From: Candidatus Heimdallarchaeota archaeon
Lineage (GTDB): Archaea > Asgardarchaeota > Heimdallarchaeia > JABLTI01
NCBI GenBank assembly: GCA_019056785.1
Contig: DXJV01000085.1
Location: 16,476 to 80,475, forward strand
Direction of reading: 5' to 3'
DNA length: 64,000 nucleotides
The position numbers and the translations under genes are program-made. The notes under the pieces were generated by a model. That model was given only the letters and a program-made list of their open reading frames with translations, did no database searches and was not told where the DNA came from. Below, in pieces: positions 1 to 10,030 of this stretch (positions within the stretch are counted from its first letter, which is position 1; each line of letters opens with the position of its first letter).

Positions 1-4
1 TAAT

Positions 5-2155
5 TTGATTAAATTGTTTGAAGACAAAAAGTATGTTAATTTTGCGGATACGATTTTAACAAAATTTGTAGAAGATGATGAATGGCTCTTTCTAACAGAA
101 CTTGGGAGAAAAGGGACTAAAGAACAAAGGGATTTTGTAAATATTGCTTTAACGACTTCTGATTTTGCAATATTAGAAGGTCCTCCTGGGTCAGGGAAAA
201 CTACAACAATTTGTGAGATAATCTACCAAGGGATAAAACGTGGTAAAAGAATCTTACTTGTTGCTTCTACTCATGTTGCAGTAGATAATGTTCTAGAGAA
301 ATTATTTGATGAAGAAAAGGACTATTACAACAAAGTTAAAGAAACAATTTTACCGATAAGAATTGGTAAACAAGACAATTGGAAAATTTCAGAGCTGGCT
401 TCGCAGTTTCAGTTTGAAAATTTCTGGGAAGAAGAAAAAAACAGATTAATCACTTCGTTAACAAAATTAAAGGTCAAAACTCCTGCTCAAGAAGCTTTTC
501 TAAGTTTGTTAAAACAAAAAGAAAAAAGTAAATTTGTTTCTAAATCTTTTTTAAATGCTGCAAATTTGGTCTGTGGTACCACTATAGGTATTCTAATGCA
601 CCCTGAATTAAGAAAAGTTAGATCTAAAGAAGCCATTACGCGCCCCTTTGACATGTTAATTTTGGATGAAGCTAGCAAAACAACCTTTCAAGAATTCCTT
701 GTTCCGGCTTTAGCTGCAAAAACTTTTATTATCGTCGGAGACGTAATGCAATTACCCCCTTATGTTGAAGAAGAAGGTGTTTCATCAAACCTTGAATTTC
801 TCTCTGAAAATAAAAATCACGATTTAGTTAATTTACATTTTAATTTAGACTCAATATATAAAAGGCATCTAAAAATTCCAAAAAGATGCTTAATCATCAC
901 TAAAAACACAAATGATTATCAACGATACAAGTTACTTGAACAATATTATGATCGTAGTATTGCTTTTCTATACGAAGAAGATGAAACAATCGATCTTGCG
1001 ACATTATGGGGTGCAGAATTTATAATTGGAACAGAAGGAGCAATTAAAAAACATCAAGCGATTCTTCCTATAAGTTTGAGTTTTGTTAAAGAAAATTCAA
1101 ATGATCTTTTGAAACCCATTGATTTTAAAGAATTAAGGCTTGAGCATTTTCAATTTACAAATAATTATTTTAAAGATAAATTCTTGAAAGAACAATCTAT
1201 AAATTTTCGCCGTCAAGATGAATCATGGGCTCATGGAATTAGCTGGCGATTAAATCGCTCATTTGAACATAGATTTCTTCAAGAAAATTTCTACGATTTG
1301 GAAATCGAGAAAAGACTTCCAAAATGGTTAGAAGAAGATGAATTAAATGAAATCAAATTTTTCCTTGAAGATATAAAGAAAATTTCTTATCCTTCAGTTA
1401 TTGAATTATTGCAAAAAGGTTTCAAAAGAAAATACCGAAAAGAAAATACTGTGCTTACTGAAGGGTTTAATGAAAGGGATCTCAAATTACGGCATCGAAA
1501 ATTAATTTACCAACACAGAATGCATCCTGACATTTCTGCTTTTTCCAGAGAAAATTTCTATGACAAAAAGGCACTTTTAGACTTTCCGGGGATTGAGGGA
1601 GAGAGAGCTCATACAATTAGAGATTATCAGTATCATCTTTATTGGGTAGACGTTAAAGTGCCTTCAAGATACAAGTCGCGAAATGTAAATTTGAATAAAT
1701 ATGAAATTAAAGCTATTTTGCAAGAACTGGGTTATCTTGAAAAATGGTTAATAAATAATCCAAAACCAAAGAATCGATTTTGGACAATTGCAATTCTTCC
1801 ATTCTATAAAGCACAAGAAAACCTCTTGAGAGAACAATTACGGAAAAAATTTAAATCAAAGAGATTTCGAACATTTGTAGATAGGAAAAACAGAATTCGA
1901 ATTGAACTATGCGTTATAGACAGATTTCAAGGGCATGAAGCAGATTTCGTTTTTCTTTCTATGGTTCAAAATAGACGTGTCGGTTTTCTTGATTGCCCTA
2001 ATAGATTAAATGTCGCTCTAACTAGAGGAAAATATCAAGTACTAATAGTTGGAGACAATAAATTTTTTGCCAGCGAAAATCATCGTTCTGATATTTTAAG
2101 AAAATTGGCTCGAACAACAAAATGCCTAAAAAGGATTTACAAATATGGGAGTTGA
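5..2155 (+). CDS. Superfamily 1 (Upf1/DNA2/NAM7-like, AAA_11+AAA_12) helicase; probably 5'-truncated by the window edge
   Basis: Motifs GPPGSGKT, ASTHVAVDN, DEASK, VGDVMQLPP, QHRMHPDIS, IDRFQGHEAD, NRLNVALTRGK; the frame is open upstream of position 5. Confidence 0.9.
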   Translation: MIKLFEDKKYVNFADTILTKFVEDDEWLFLTELGRKGTKEQRDFVNIALTTSDFAILEGPPGSGKTTTICEIIYQGIKRGKRILLVASTHVAVDNVLEKLFDEEKDYYNKVKETILPIRIGKQDNWKISELASQFQFENFWEEEKNRLITSLTKLKVKTPAQEAFLSLLKQKEKSKFVSKSFLNAANLVCGTTIGILMHPELRKVRSKEAITRPFDMLILDEASKTTFQEFLVPALAAKTFIIVGDVMQLPPYVEEEGVSSNLEFLSENKNHDLVNLHFNLDSIYKRHLKIPKRCLIITKNTNDYQRYKLLEQYYDRSIAFLYEEDETIDLATLWGAEFIIGTEGAIKKHQAILPISLSFVKENSNDLLKPIDFKELRLEHFQFTNNYFKDKFLKEQSINFRRQDESWAHGISWRLNRSFEHRFLQENFYDLEIEKRLPKWLEEDELNEIKFFLEDIKKISYPSVIELLQKGFKRKYRKENTVLTEGFNERDLKLRHRKLIYQHRMHPDISAFSRENFYDKKALLDFPGIEGERAHTIRDYQYHLYWVDVKVPSRYKSRNVNLNKYEIKAILQELGYLEKWLINNPKPKNRFWTIAILPFYKAQENLLREQLRKKFKSKRFRTFVDRKNRIRIELCVIDRFQGHEADFVFLSMVQNRRVGFLDCPNRLNVALTRGKYQVLIVGDNKFFASENHRSDILRKLARTTKCLKRIYKYGS

Positions 2156-2161
2156 GATTAA

Positions 2162-3280
2162 ATGAAGATTGTGCTAGAAAAAGAAGTTATGATTGAGAAA
2201 TACCAAGTACTAATGGATATAGAAGTAGAAAAGGATCGCCCTGAAGTGTTAGCTTGGTTAAAAGTTATTAAAGAAGGAAATGAGTTAAATAACGATGTTA
2301 TTCTCTACTTTCAAGAAAAGATATTCTTTGAATCACAAAAACCAAAGCAATTTATCAAGAACATTTTGCAAGAATTGGTGGTACTTGGTTTCTTGGATGA
2401 AAAGTTTAATTTAACTCAAAAAGGTTTAACAGCATTAGAGGAAGGAACTGTTTTCATACCTCAAAGCGGTATCTATGAACTTTTAGTTATTAACGATCCT
2501 TTATTTCCACAAGTAATACTAGATTATAAAGAATTTAAACCAGACCTCCATGAAGAAAAAAAGCAATGGAAGAATAACCCTGGAAGTGTTAATTATGAAA
2601 ACACAACCATCCCATCTTTTATTAGCAAATGTAAGGAGTTTGGTCCTATTAGACCCTTGAAAAATTCCGGCGAAACATTAATCAGAATTTTTAACATTAA
2701 AAAGGTAGGTAAGAAAGAAAAATTTCAAAAAAAGACCAAAGTGCGTATGGATATAGGTGAAATGACACAAATTTCTTTAAAAATTGAATACAATAAAAAG
2801 TTTCATTTTCTAGAACCTCCGAGAGATATTGATAAAATAAAATTAGTAGAATCGATACTTCGAAAGCTCCCCTATCCTGTGGATGAAGAAGTCTATAGTG
2901 TTCTAATAAATTTTGATGAAACTACACCAAAAGAACGAAAAACGTTCTCTAAAAACTTCAGCTTAATAAAGGAAACCCTCTTAAATTTAGGGAAATTTGA
3001 ATCTATTAAATTGATTGATGTACCTATTCTTCCTAGTAGCTTTGATTCTGCAAAAAAATGGGCTAAGGAGTTAATTAAAAACGAGATAAATACTTTTCTT
3101 ACAACCAACGAATTCGATTTAATATCAAAAGAGATTACCCATAAAGAGGAATTTGCTATGTTTAATTTACCTAATATTTCTATTGATGAAATGCTCCTTG
3201 AGGCTTCCTTTGGTAGTCAAGTATTTTGGTTTCTTAAAGCTCCTCGAGATTTAAAGTTAGAAAAGGTGATTAGTAAATGA
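2162..3280 (+). CDS. Hypothetical protein with a putative winged-helix segment; middle gene of the helicase-PLD operon
   Basis: 372 aa ORF starting 6 nt after the helicase stop, with an ATGA overlap with the next gene; segment ILQELVVLGFLDEKFNLTQKG looks wHTH-like. Confidence 0.7.
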   Translation: MKIVLEKEVMIEKYQVLMDIEVEKDRPEVLAWLKVIKEGNELNNDVILYFQEKIFFESQKPKQFIKNILQELVVLGFLDEKFNLTQKGLTALEEGTVFIPQSGIYELLVINDPLFPQVILDYKEFKPDLHEEKKQWKNNPGSVNYENTTIPSFISKCKEFGPIRPLKNSGETLIRIFNIKKVGKKEKFQKKTKVRMDIGEMTQISLKIEYNKKFHFLEPPRDIDKIKLVESILRKLPYPVDEEVYSVLINFDETTPKERKTFSKNFSLIKETLLNLGKFESIKLIDVPILPSSFDSAKKWAKELIKNEINTFLTTNEFDLISKEITHKEEFAMFNLPNISIDEMLLEASFGSQVFWFLKAPRDLKLEKVISK

Positions 3281-4752
3281 TCAAACCAATAATAATTGAG
3301 AAGGTTTTTAACAATAATGAAATTATCCCAAATTATTGGGCAATTCTTGACCATAAAAATCCTGAAATTATTCGAACAAAGAAGATTATCCCAATAAGTA
3401 ATGATAATTACAAATTTAAAAGTCTCATGACTTCTGCAATTAATAATGCCTCAGAAACGATAATGCTCTGTTCATTTATTCTAAGTGATAATGAAATCAT
3501 TGAGTCACTAATTGCTGCTGCTGAAAGAAATGTTCGAGTTTATCTTCTTTTTAGTACTGAAACCCAATTAGATAAAGAATTCAAAGAAGACAAGTCAGAA
3601 TTTGATGTTGAAATGGTTGAAAGTCACAAAGCATTTCTTAAGAAAATCTCAGGGAAGGCGCTTGCTCGTTCAGCTATTTTTCATGCTAAATTTCTTTTAG
3701 TCGATTATGGCTTGCCAAGTCAAGTTGGCTTTATTTCAACTGCTAATTTTACTAGTGAAGCCCTCTCTCGAAATCAAGAACTAGGCGTGAGACTTCAATC
3801 AAAATCAGACCTTGATATCTTGTTCTCTTTCTTCCAGCACGGATTTTGGGAGGAAGCTGAAATGGAATTTCACAATGATAGCTGGATTGGTGCGAAAACC
3901 TTTTCATTAATTCCAATAGAAACAAGCGATCGTATTGTTTCCACTTCTAAAAATAATAAATCTCTAAAGAAAAAAATATTGAACTTGATAAAATCAACAT
4001 CTGGACCACTTATTGTCTCGAGTTACAGTTTTAAAATGGATAATGAGTTAACTAAGGCACTTATTGCTTTAGCAAAAGAACGGGAAATAACCATTCTAAC
4101 ACGACCAAGATTTCAAAACTTGGAAGTATTAAATAGCTTTCTCGCAAATGGTGCAGAAATCTATTGCTATGATTATATTCATGCGAAATTCATTCTCGCC
4201 CCAAGAGAAAACAAAGGGATCATAATGACTGCTAATTTTGACGATCGTGGAATAGAAACTGGCTATGAGGTTGGTATTGTTTTGAATCCATCGGAGATTG
4301 AAGAGTTAAAAACTATTAGTAATTCATGGATTGCTAATGCCCAGTATCAATTTAAAGAAGGTAAAAAAATTGTTGAAATTGAAGCAAAAGAAATACAATA
4401 TTTTGAGGGTAATGAATTAAAGAAGTTTTCAGTTATCACTGAAGAAAATATTTACGAAGAGAAAAACCCCGAGGACTTAAGAGAAATGAGTCCTTTAAGC
4501 AACATAAACAGTTTTAATTTTCAATTTAACGATGAAGACAAGCTCATAAAAAAAGTCAATCTTAAGAGAAAAATAATCCCCCCAAAATTACCTGCAGGCG
4601 CCAGAAAGTTAAAGGACAATCCATACCCTTATGATTTATTTGAATTTAAAGGGCAAAATTATTTACTACTGAAAAATGAAAGAGCGCTAACCAGTATTCT
4701 TAAAGAAGCCGGGCATAAAAAGTATCACAAGATTCGTTTCGTAACTAATTAA
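3277..4752 (+). CDS. Tandem phospholipase D-family (HKD) nuclease-like protein
   Basis: Two PLD motifs: FHAKFLLVD...STANFT...NQELG and IHAKFILAP...MTANFD...YEVG. Confidence 0.85.
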   Translation: MIKPIIIEKVFNNNEIIPNYWAILDHKNPEIIRTKKIIPISNDNYKFKSLMTSAINNASETIMLCSFILSDNEIIESLIAAAERNVRVYLLFSTETQLDKEFKEDKSEFDVEMVESHKAFLKKISGKALARSAIFHAKFLLVDYGLPSQVGFISTANFTSEALSRNQELGVRLQSKSDLDILFSFFQHGFWEEAEMEFHNDSWIGAKTFSLIPIETSDRIVSTSKNNKSLKKKILNLIKSTSGPLIVSSYSFKMDNELTKALIALAKEREITILTRPRFQNLEVLNSFLANGAEIYCYDYIHAKFILAPRENKGIIMTANFDDRGIETGYEVGIVLNPSEIEELKTISNSWIANAQYQFKEGKKIVEIEAKEIQYFEGNELKKFSVITEENIYEEKNPEDLREMSPLSNINSFNFQFNDEDKLIKKVNLKRKIIPPKLPAGARKLKDNPYPYDLFEFKGQNYLLLKNERALTSILKEAGHKKYHKIRFVTN

Positions 4753-4768
4753 TTTCTTTTTTTTCTTT
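4753..4768 (+). terminator. Oligo-T archaeal-type terminator after the helicase-PLD operon
   Basis: T-rich run (tttctttttttcttt) immediately after the TAA stop. Confidence 0.4.
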
Positions 4769-4857
4769 AGAATTCTTTCTACTTTAAAATCTAAATGTTT
4801 AAATTTCAACATAAACTAATTATTAGCAGTTAAAATAACACGAAAGGAGCTTTTTAA

Positions 4858-6930
4858 TTGTCGAAAAAATTTTTAGCAATGTTTAGTGTAAGTTTCTTAG
4901 TTGCTCTTCTAACGATTTCATGGTCTTCCTTTTCATTTACCGGTAACTCTTCTCTTACGCCATCTCCTGTTTTGCCTTCTTTTCAGACCCAACCTTCTCC
5001 GGCCGATGGCCCTTTGGCTTTTGACTATGATTGGTTGGTTTTGAATTACATTGATGGCGACAATAATCTTGAGGCGGAAGCGATTGGGGATATGAATGAG
5101 TTGGAGGTTGCTAAGGTTTCTTCCAGCCGGGTAATGATCCTTGCATTGGTTGATCGTGCAAGTGGTTATGATGACACCAATGGCGATTGGACCGGCACGC
5201 GTTTGTATGAGATTACTCATGATTCTGATGCTGATATCATTGCTTCTACCTTGCTGGTTGATTATGGCGAGCTGAATATGGGTCAGGCTTCGACGCTCGA
5301 GTTATTATTGAATTATGGTTTTGCCAATTATTCTGCCGAGAAAATTTGGTTGAATCTTTGGGACCATGGTGGTGGTATAGATGGCATTTGTTGGGACGAT
5401 GAGTCAGGCAACGATTATCTTTCTATTAACGAGATGCAATCAGCTATTGCTACTAGTACTACTACTTATGGTCGCACCCTTGATCTTATCTCTCATGACG
5501 CTTGTTTCATGAACATGATTGAGGTTGCTTATGAGTTGCGAGATTATGCTGACTTTTTTGTTGCCTCTGAGGACTCTATTCCTGGTATGGGCTATAATTA
5601 CACTGCAATTATTGATGACTTAGAAGCAGATACAACGATGAATGCCGAAACTCTTGCAGGGGTACTTGTTGACACTTACGAGGATATGTATGATAGTATT
5701 ACGACTGATGTCACCCTTTCCGCTTTGAATTTGAGTTATATTGTGGATTTTGCAGTTCTTACCGATTACTTAGCGCATAACTTAACTGCGGTGTTAAACG
5801 ATGGTCAGATTTCTGCTGTTAAAACAGCTTTTCTTGATTCCTATGATTTTTATGATAATTACATTGTTGACTACAAGGATTTTGTGGACCAATTGCTGGC
5901 GAATACTACCCTGATGTCGAGTTATCCTGCCTTACAAGCTATTGCAACCAGTGTTCAGTCAGCATTTAGCAACTTAGTGGTAGCGAATTATCAACACAGC
6001 AGTTATTCAGGAAAAGCTCAAGGTGTGACGATTTTCATGCCAGTGCCTTCGAGTACCTATCAGAGTTATATTGATAATTATGTTGGCCATCTTGATAGGT
6101 TTGCAGGCATCGATTGGTTGTCTAATGTTTATTGGGACGAGTTTTTGGATCTTTTCTATAGTCTCTACGATACGACCAGCATCTATCCAGTCATATCATT
6201 GGATGAGCTACTTACTTCGCAATCGATCAACTATGATGAGTCCCAATTTTTCGAGTTCAACGCCCCTGAAGACGCTATTTACTTATTCTCGCTGAGCATT
6301 CTAGATGGCGATATCGACCTTTACCTTCGAGATTATTATTCCAACGATATTATTGCCTATAGCCAATTTTACAATCCAGATGACGGTTCCACAGAAAAAA
6401 TCCAACACTACTTTAAGGGCGGCAAATATCTAATTGAAATCTACGGCTTTGAACTTTCACATTACAACTTCATCATTACACAAGAGGAACCAACTATCTT
6501 ACAATTAAACTCCCTGGTCTCCGGTAGCAGCGGCAGCCAAGAAGGCACAGATTCTAACCATTATATGCAAATTTTCAATCATTTCTACCAGATAACTCTG
6601 TTAGAGGGTGATTATCAGATAACTATCACCTATGATAGCGATGTGGTGGACTTTGACCTCTTCCTTTTGAGTACAAATTTCGTTGAGCTAAATAAATCCG
6701 CAAGCATTTATGACAAGGATGAAATTGTTGTTAACGTTAACTCTGAGACAACGTACATTATTGCTGTCTATAGTTATTCAGGTCATGGCTCATTTAATCT
6801 CATTGTAACTGTTTATACTCCTCCAAGCCCATCGCCTTCAGGGTTCATTCCGGGCTTTACAGCAGCAATTGCTCTGGTAGCCCTTTTGGGTCTTAACACA
6901 ATTGTTTTCCTTAGAAAGAAAAGGAGCTAA
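4858..6930 (+). CDS. Secreted clostripain-family (C11) cysteine peptidase with PPC-like domains and a C-terminal PGF-type membrane anchor
   Basis: Signal peptide; YIDGDNNLE, WDHGGG (His), HDACFM (Cys), ASED; DIDLYL/DFDLFL PPC-like motifs; C-terminus PSPSPSGFIPGF + TM + RKKRS. Confidence 0.85.
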   Translation: MSKKFLAMFSVSFLVALLTISWSSFSFTGNSSLTPSPVLPSFQTQPSPADGPLAFDYDWLVLNYIDGDNNLEAEAIGDMNELEVAKVSSSRVMILALVDRASGYDDTNGDWTGTRLYEITHDSDADIIASTLLVDYGELNMGQASTLELLLNYGFANYSAEKIWLNLWDHGGGIDGICWDDESGNDYLSINEMQSAIATSTTTYGRTLDLISHDACFMNMIEVAYELRDYADFFVASEDSIPGMGYNYTAIIDDLEADTTMNAETLAGVLVDTYEDMYDSITTDVTLSALNLSYIVDFAVLTDYLAHNLTAVLNDGQISAVKTAFLDSYDFYDNYIVDYKDFVDQLLANTTLMSSYPALQAIATSVQSAFSNLVVANYQHSSYSGKAQGVTIFMPVPSSTYQSYIDNYVGHLDRFAGIDWLSNVYWDEFLDLFYSLYDTTSIYPVISLDELLTSQSINYDESQFFEFNAPEDAIYLFSLSILDGDIDLYLRDYYSNDIIAYSQFYNPDDGSTEKIQHYFKGGKYLIEIYGFELSHYNFIITQEEPTILQLNSLVSGSSGSQEGTDSNHYMQIFNHFYQITLLEGDYQITITYDSDVVDFDLFLLSTNFVELNKSASIYDKDEIVVNVNSETTYIIAVYSYSGHGSFNLIVTVYTPPSPSPSGFIPGFTAAIALVALLGLNTIVFLRKKRS

Positions 6931-6963
6931 TTATAATTCCTTTTCTCCCTCTTTTCTCTTTTT

Positions 6964-7416
6964 CTAATCTTCCCAATCAAAATCATTGTTGTATTGAAAA
7001 ACGAAGTCTATTTCTTCTGGGATTTCAAACCCAATCACTTTTTTAAACTGCTGGATGTTTCTTTTGCCGACAATAAAAAGCTCGGGCCGTTCATCTTCTC
7101 TTTGCGGGAAGTAAAGAAAAGAATGGATCCCAAACATTTGCAGTCCTTTTTGATAGCGTTCCAGTTTCAAGAAGTTGTGTTGTTGAATCGAGAGAATAAT
7201 GTTTGTATTGTTGTTAAAGTAAATGACCCCACAACTATCGAACACGCCACGGAGAAAGGATTGTAAATTACTCTTATCCATTGAGACTATTTCGCCACTT
7301 TCATCTGCACTGCTTCTTTGAGTAGTGTGGTGCTCTAAATTATGAATCAACTTCTCTTTATCGAAACTCTTCAAAAGGCTTTCACCAAATGTATTGCTCA
7401 ATCTATCTCTCAGCAA
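6964..7416 (-). CDS. Free-standing single LAGLIDADG-like domain protein (alternative ATG start at 7281)
   Basis: FLRGVFDSCGVI helix, then LQMFGIHS and NIQQFKKVIGF, typical of the LAGLIDADG_3 fold. Confidence 0.65.
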   Translation of the reverse strand: MLRDRLSNTFGESLLKSFDKEKLIHNLEHHTTQRSSADESGEIVSMDKSNLQSFLRGVFDSCGVIYFNNNTNIILSIQQHNFLKLERYQKGLQMFGIHSFLYFPQREDERPELFIVGKRNIQQFKKVIGFEIPEEIDFVFQYNNDFDWED

Positions 7417-7518
7417 TTTTCTTTAAAAATCCCTAATAGAGACCTTCTGTTTAAAATTTCTTCAGTTTTCAGAGGTTTTTTTAGTGAAATGGTTACTAGT
7501 TCAGAGAAAAGGTAAACG

Positions 7519-8619
7519 TTGGAAATTAAAGCAATGCCCTCTTTGAACCCCTTCCAAATTCGTGCTCCAGGAAGAGTGTTCCTCTTTGGAGAGCATAGTG
7601 ATTATTTTCATCTTCAGGTTATTTCAGCGGCTCTTAATCTAGCAATTTTTCTCGAAGTCGTTCCACGAGAGGATGATAAACTGGTAGTTAACTTCCAGAA
7701 CCTGGGGACAACCGATCAGTTCTCGATTCGAGACAAGTTGCTCCCTTATCGTTTTTCCCGGGATTATTTACGAAGCGCTTTTAATGTTATGAAAAAGCAT
7801 GGCTTCACAATAAAAACAGGGGCAACTATTACTGTTCGTGGGACAATACCGATCGCTACAGGGTTATCAAGTTCATCAGCTCTTGTTGTGGCAGCAATAC
7901 AAGCCTTTGCTCAGTTAGCCGAAGTTTCTTTGACAAAAGTTGAAATTGCTCGATATGCTTTTCAAGCGGAAGTTGAGGAATTCAAAGAAGCTGGTGGAAT
8001 GATGGATCATTTGGCCTCCACGTTTGGGGGCGTTTTGCATGTTGATTTTTCCCAGCCTTTGCGAAGAACACCTCTCCACATCCAACTCGAGGGTTTTGTA
8101 ATTGGTGATTCTCTCGAGAAAAAAGTTGATACTGTGGGTGATATAAAAATGATTAAATCAACAGTACAAACTGGCTATCAAAAGCTTAGCAAGTTTCTAC
8201 CCGAATTTAATCATCGGCTTACAGCTCTCGAGGAAATTAGGCCCTTTCTCTTCCATTTGTCTGAACCAATGCGAACAATGACTGAAACAACATTAAAAAA
8301 TAGAGATTTAACAAAAAGAGCGTTTACTTTATTAAAACAAGGGAAGGTGAAACCCACTCTTCTTGGTGAGCTCTTGGATAGGCATCATCAACTGCTGCGA
8401 GATGGATTAAAGCGTTCGACTGTAAAAATAGAGCGAATGATTGTTGCGGCAAAAAAAGCCGGCGCACTCGGAGCAAAGATGAATGGTAGTGGTGGTGGGG
8501 GAACGATGCTTGCTTATGCCCCAGGCCTAGAGAAGGAAGTTGCCGCTGCAATAGAACGAGAAGGCGGAAAAGCTTATCGTGTTGCTATTAGTCTTGGCGT
8601 GACGATTACGCGTTTCTAA
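7519..8619 (+). CDS. GHMP-family kinase (galactokinase/mevalonate kinase-like)
   Basis: RAPGRVFLFGEHSDY, PIATGLSSSSA, GAKMNGSGGGG. Confidence 0.85.
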   Translation: MEIKAMPSLNPFQIRAPGRVFLFGEHSDYFHLQVISAALNLAIFLEVVPREDDKLVVNFQNLGTTDQFSIRDKLLPYRFSRDYLRSAFNVMKKHGFTIKTGATITVRGTIPIATGLSSSSALVVAAIQAFAQLAEVSLTKVEIARYAFQAEVEEFKEAGGMMDHLASTFGGVLHVDFSQPLRRTPLHIQLEGFVIGDSLEKKVDTVGDIKMIKSTVQTGYQKLSKFLPEFNHRLTALEEIRPFLFHLSEPMRTMTETTLKNRDLTKRAFTLLKQGKVKPTLLGELLDRHHQLLRDGLKRSTVKIERMIVAAKKAGALGAKMNGSGGGGTMLAYAPGLEKEVAAAIEREGGKAYRVAISLGVTITRF

Positions 8620-8655
8620 AGCAAATAGTTTTTTACTGAATAAAGAATTAGTCAA

Positions 8656-9252
8656 ATGCAACTCATTGGTGGAAAGTTTATGACTACCGAAAACACTCAA
8701 GAGAAAACCTGCGAACAAAAAGAAACGAATTTGTTGCTCGTACGGGTGGAATACCTTGAGGATGAAATTAGTCTAAAAAGTACCTATGAGTATCAAGCCA
8801 TTCATGCGTTTAAGGGTTATAATGAAATTCGCTTTGCAATTTTTAACCATTTGAAAGAAGAGTTCATTGATCCAGTAATTAATAAAGGATTGCAAAAAGA
8901 AGAGCAAAAGCAACTCTTTAAAGAAAATTATAATGAATTTATTCGTTTTCTCGAGCGAAAAATTAGATATTGGTTGGCAGAATTTCTTAACTCGAAGGAG
9001 TTGCGAAAGGTCGTTGTTAGTTACAATAATCATCTCGTCCAAGAACTCGAGTATAACTATCTAGCAACAAGAGAACAAATGGCAAAACCCGACATTACAA
9101 AACTGACGAAAATAAGTAATGATTATCTCCAGCACGCGTTGGTAACTTCTTTCCCTAAACGAATTAGTTCCTATATCTTGTCGAAAAACAAATACAAAGA
9201 ACATCTCTTAGGGTTTTTCAACGAATTCCTAAAATACCTAATCATCTTTTGA
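8656..9252 (+). CDS. Hypothetical protein
   Basis: 198 aa ORF (alternative ATG at 8680) filling the gap; no motif recognised. Confidence 0.6.
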   Translation: MQLIGGKFMTTENTQEKTCEQKETNLLLVRVEYLEDEISLKSTYEYQAIHAFKGYNEIRFAIFNHLKEEFIDPVINKGLQKEEQKQLFKENYNEFIRFLERKIRYWLAEFLNSKELRKVVVSYNNHLVQELEYNYLATREQMAKPDITKLTKISNDYLQHALVTSFPKRISSYILSKNKYKEHLLGFFNEFLKYLIIF

Positions 9253-9267
9253 AATAGAACCGCATAC

Positions 9268-9861
9268 TCATTCCTTAGTGAAGTGATGAACCTTTTCGTG
9301 GGCAAAAGAGTCCCAATGCAACATTTTCGCTGTAAAAACACCATTATAGCGGAAGAATGCCTTACTCATGTCAAGCAACTCCTCTAACGTTAGATTCAAT
9401 TCACGATAATGGCCAAAAAAGATGGCTAAACGACCTTTTGGTTTCAAAACACGGTGGAATTCTTTCAATAACTCAGTATATGCCTGCACCCCTTGTCGCC
9501 GGCAGAGAGAATATAAAACATCAAAGAACAAAATAAAGTCAACAGAATTGTCTCCTAATGGAATCGTTACCTCTCCTGTAGTGAGAATAGTTTCAATGTT
9601 TTTAAGCTCATAAAACCGAGCTCGTCTCACCAATTCGTCTAAGGCTCCCGCATCGACATCAAGAGCATAGACTTTACCATCAGGGCCAACAAACATCGCA
9701 GCTGGAATAGCATAATTTCCTACGCGAGAACCGAAATCTAAAATAGTGTCATTTTTCTCGAGTTTTAATTGTTGGAAGAATGCCCGCGCCTCGCTATCAA
9801 ACCATTTAGCAACATCTGAGGGTAAATTTAATTTTTGTTGATGCTTATGTGGTGAAGTCAT
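9268..9861 (-). CDS. Class I SAM-dependent methyltransferase
   Basis: ILDFGSRVG, VYALDVD, EFHRVLKPKG. Confidence 0.85.
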   Translation of the reverse strand: MTSPHKHQQKLNLPSDVAKWFDSEARAFFQQLKLEKNDTILDFGSRVGNYAIPAAMFVGPDGKVYALDVDAGALDELVRRARFYELKNIETILTTGEVTIPLGDNSVDFILFFDVLYSLCRRQGVQAYTELLKEFHRVLKPKGRLAIFFGHYRELNLTLEELLDMSKAFFRYNGVFTAKMLHWDSFAHEKVHHFTKE

Positions 9862-10030
9862 GAAGAGTACATCTCGAAGAATAACTAATGGCCATTCTTC
9901 TTAGAAAACTTTTGGTTAATATTCTTAAAGGGTTGATTAATAGTATTTTGACTGATGAAGAGAAAAAGCATGTCATCTTTCTCTCGAAAAGATTTTTTAA
10001 TCAGTAGAGAGCTCTCTCGCAAGAGAAAAG

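Noticed and set aside
3277-4752. Cardiolipin synthase
   Set aside because: No TM anchor, the second motif lacks the Asp, and it sits in a tightly coupled operon with a helicase, which favours a nuclease.
6964-7416. Intein or intron-encoded homing endonuclease
   Set aside because: No splicing motifs, no flanking extein and no RNA gene host.
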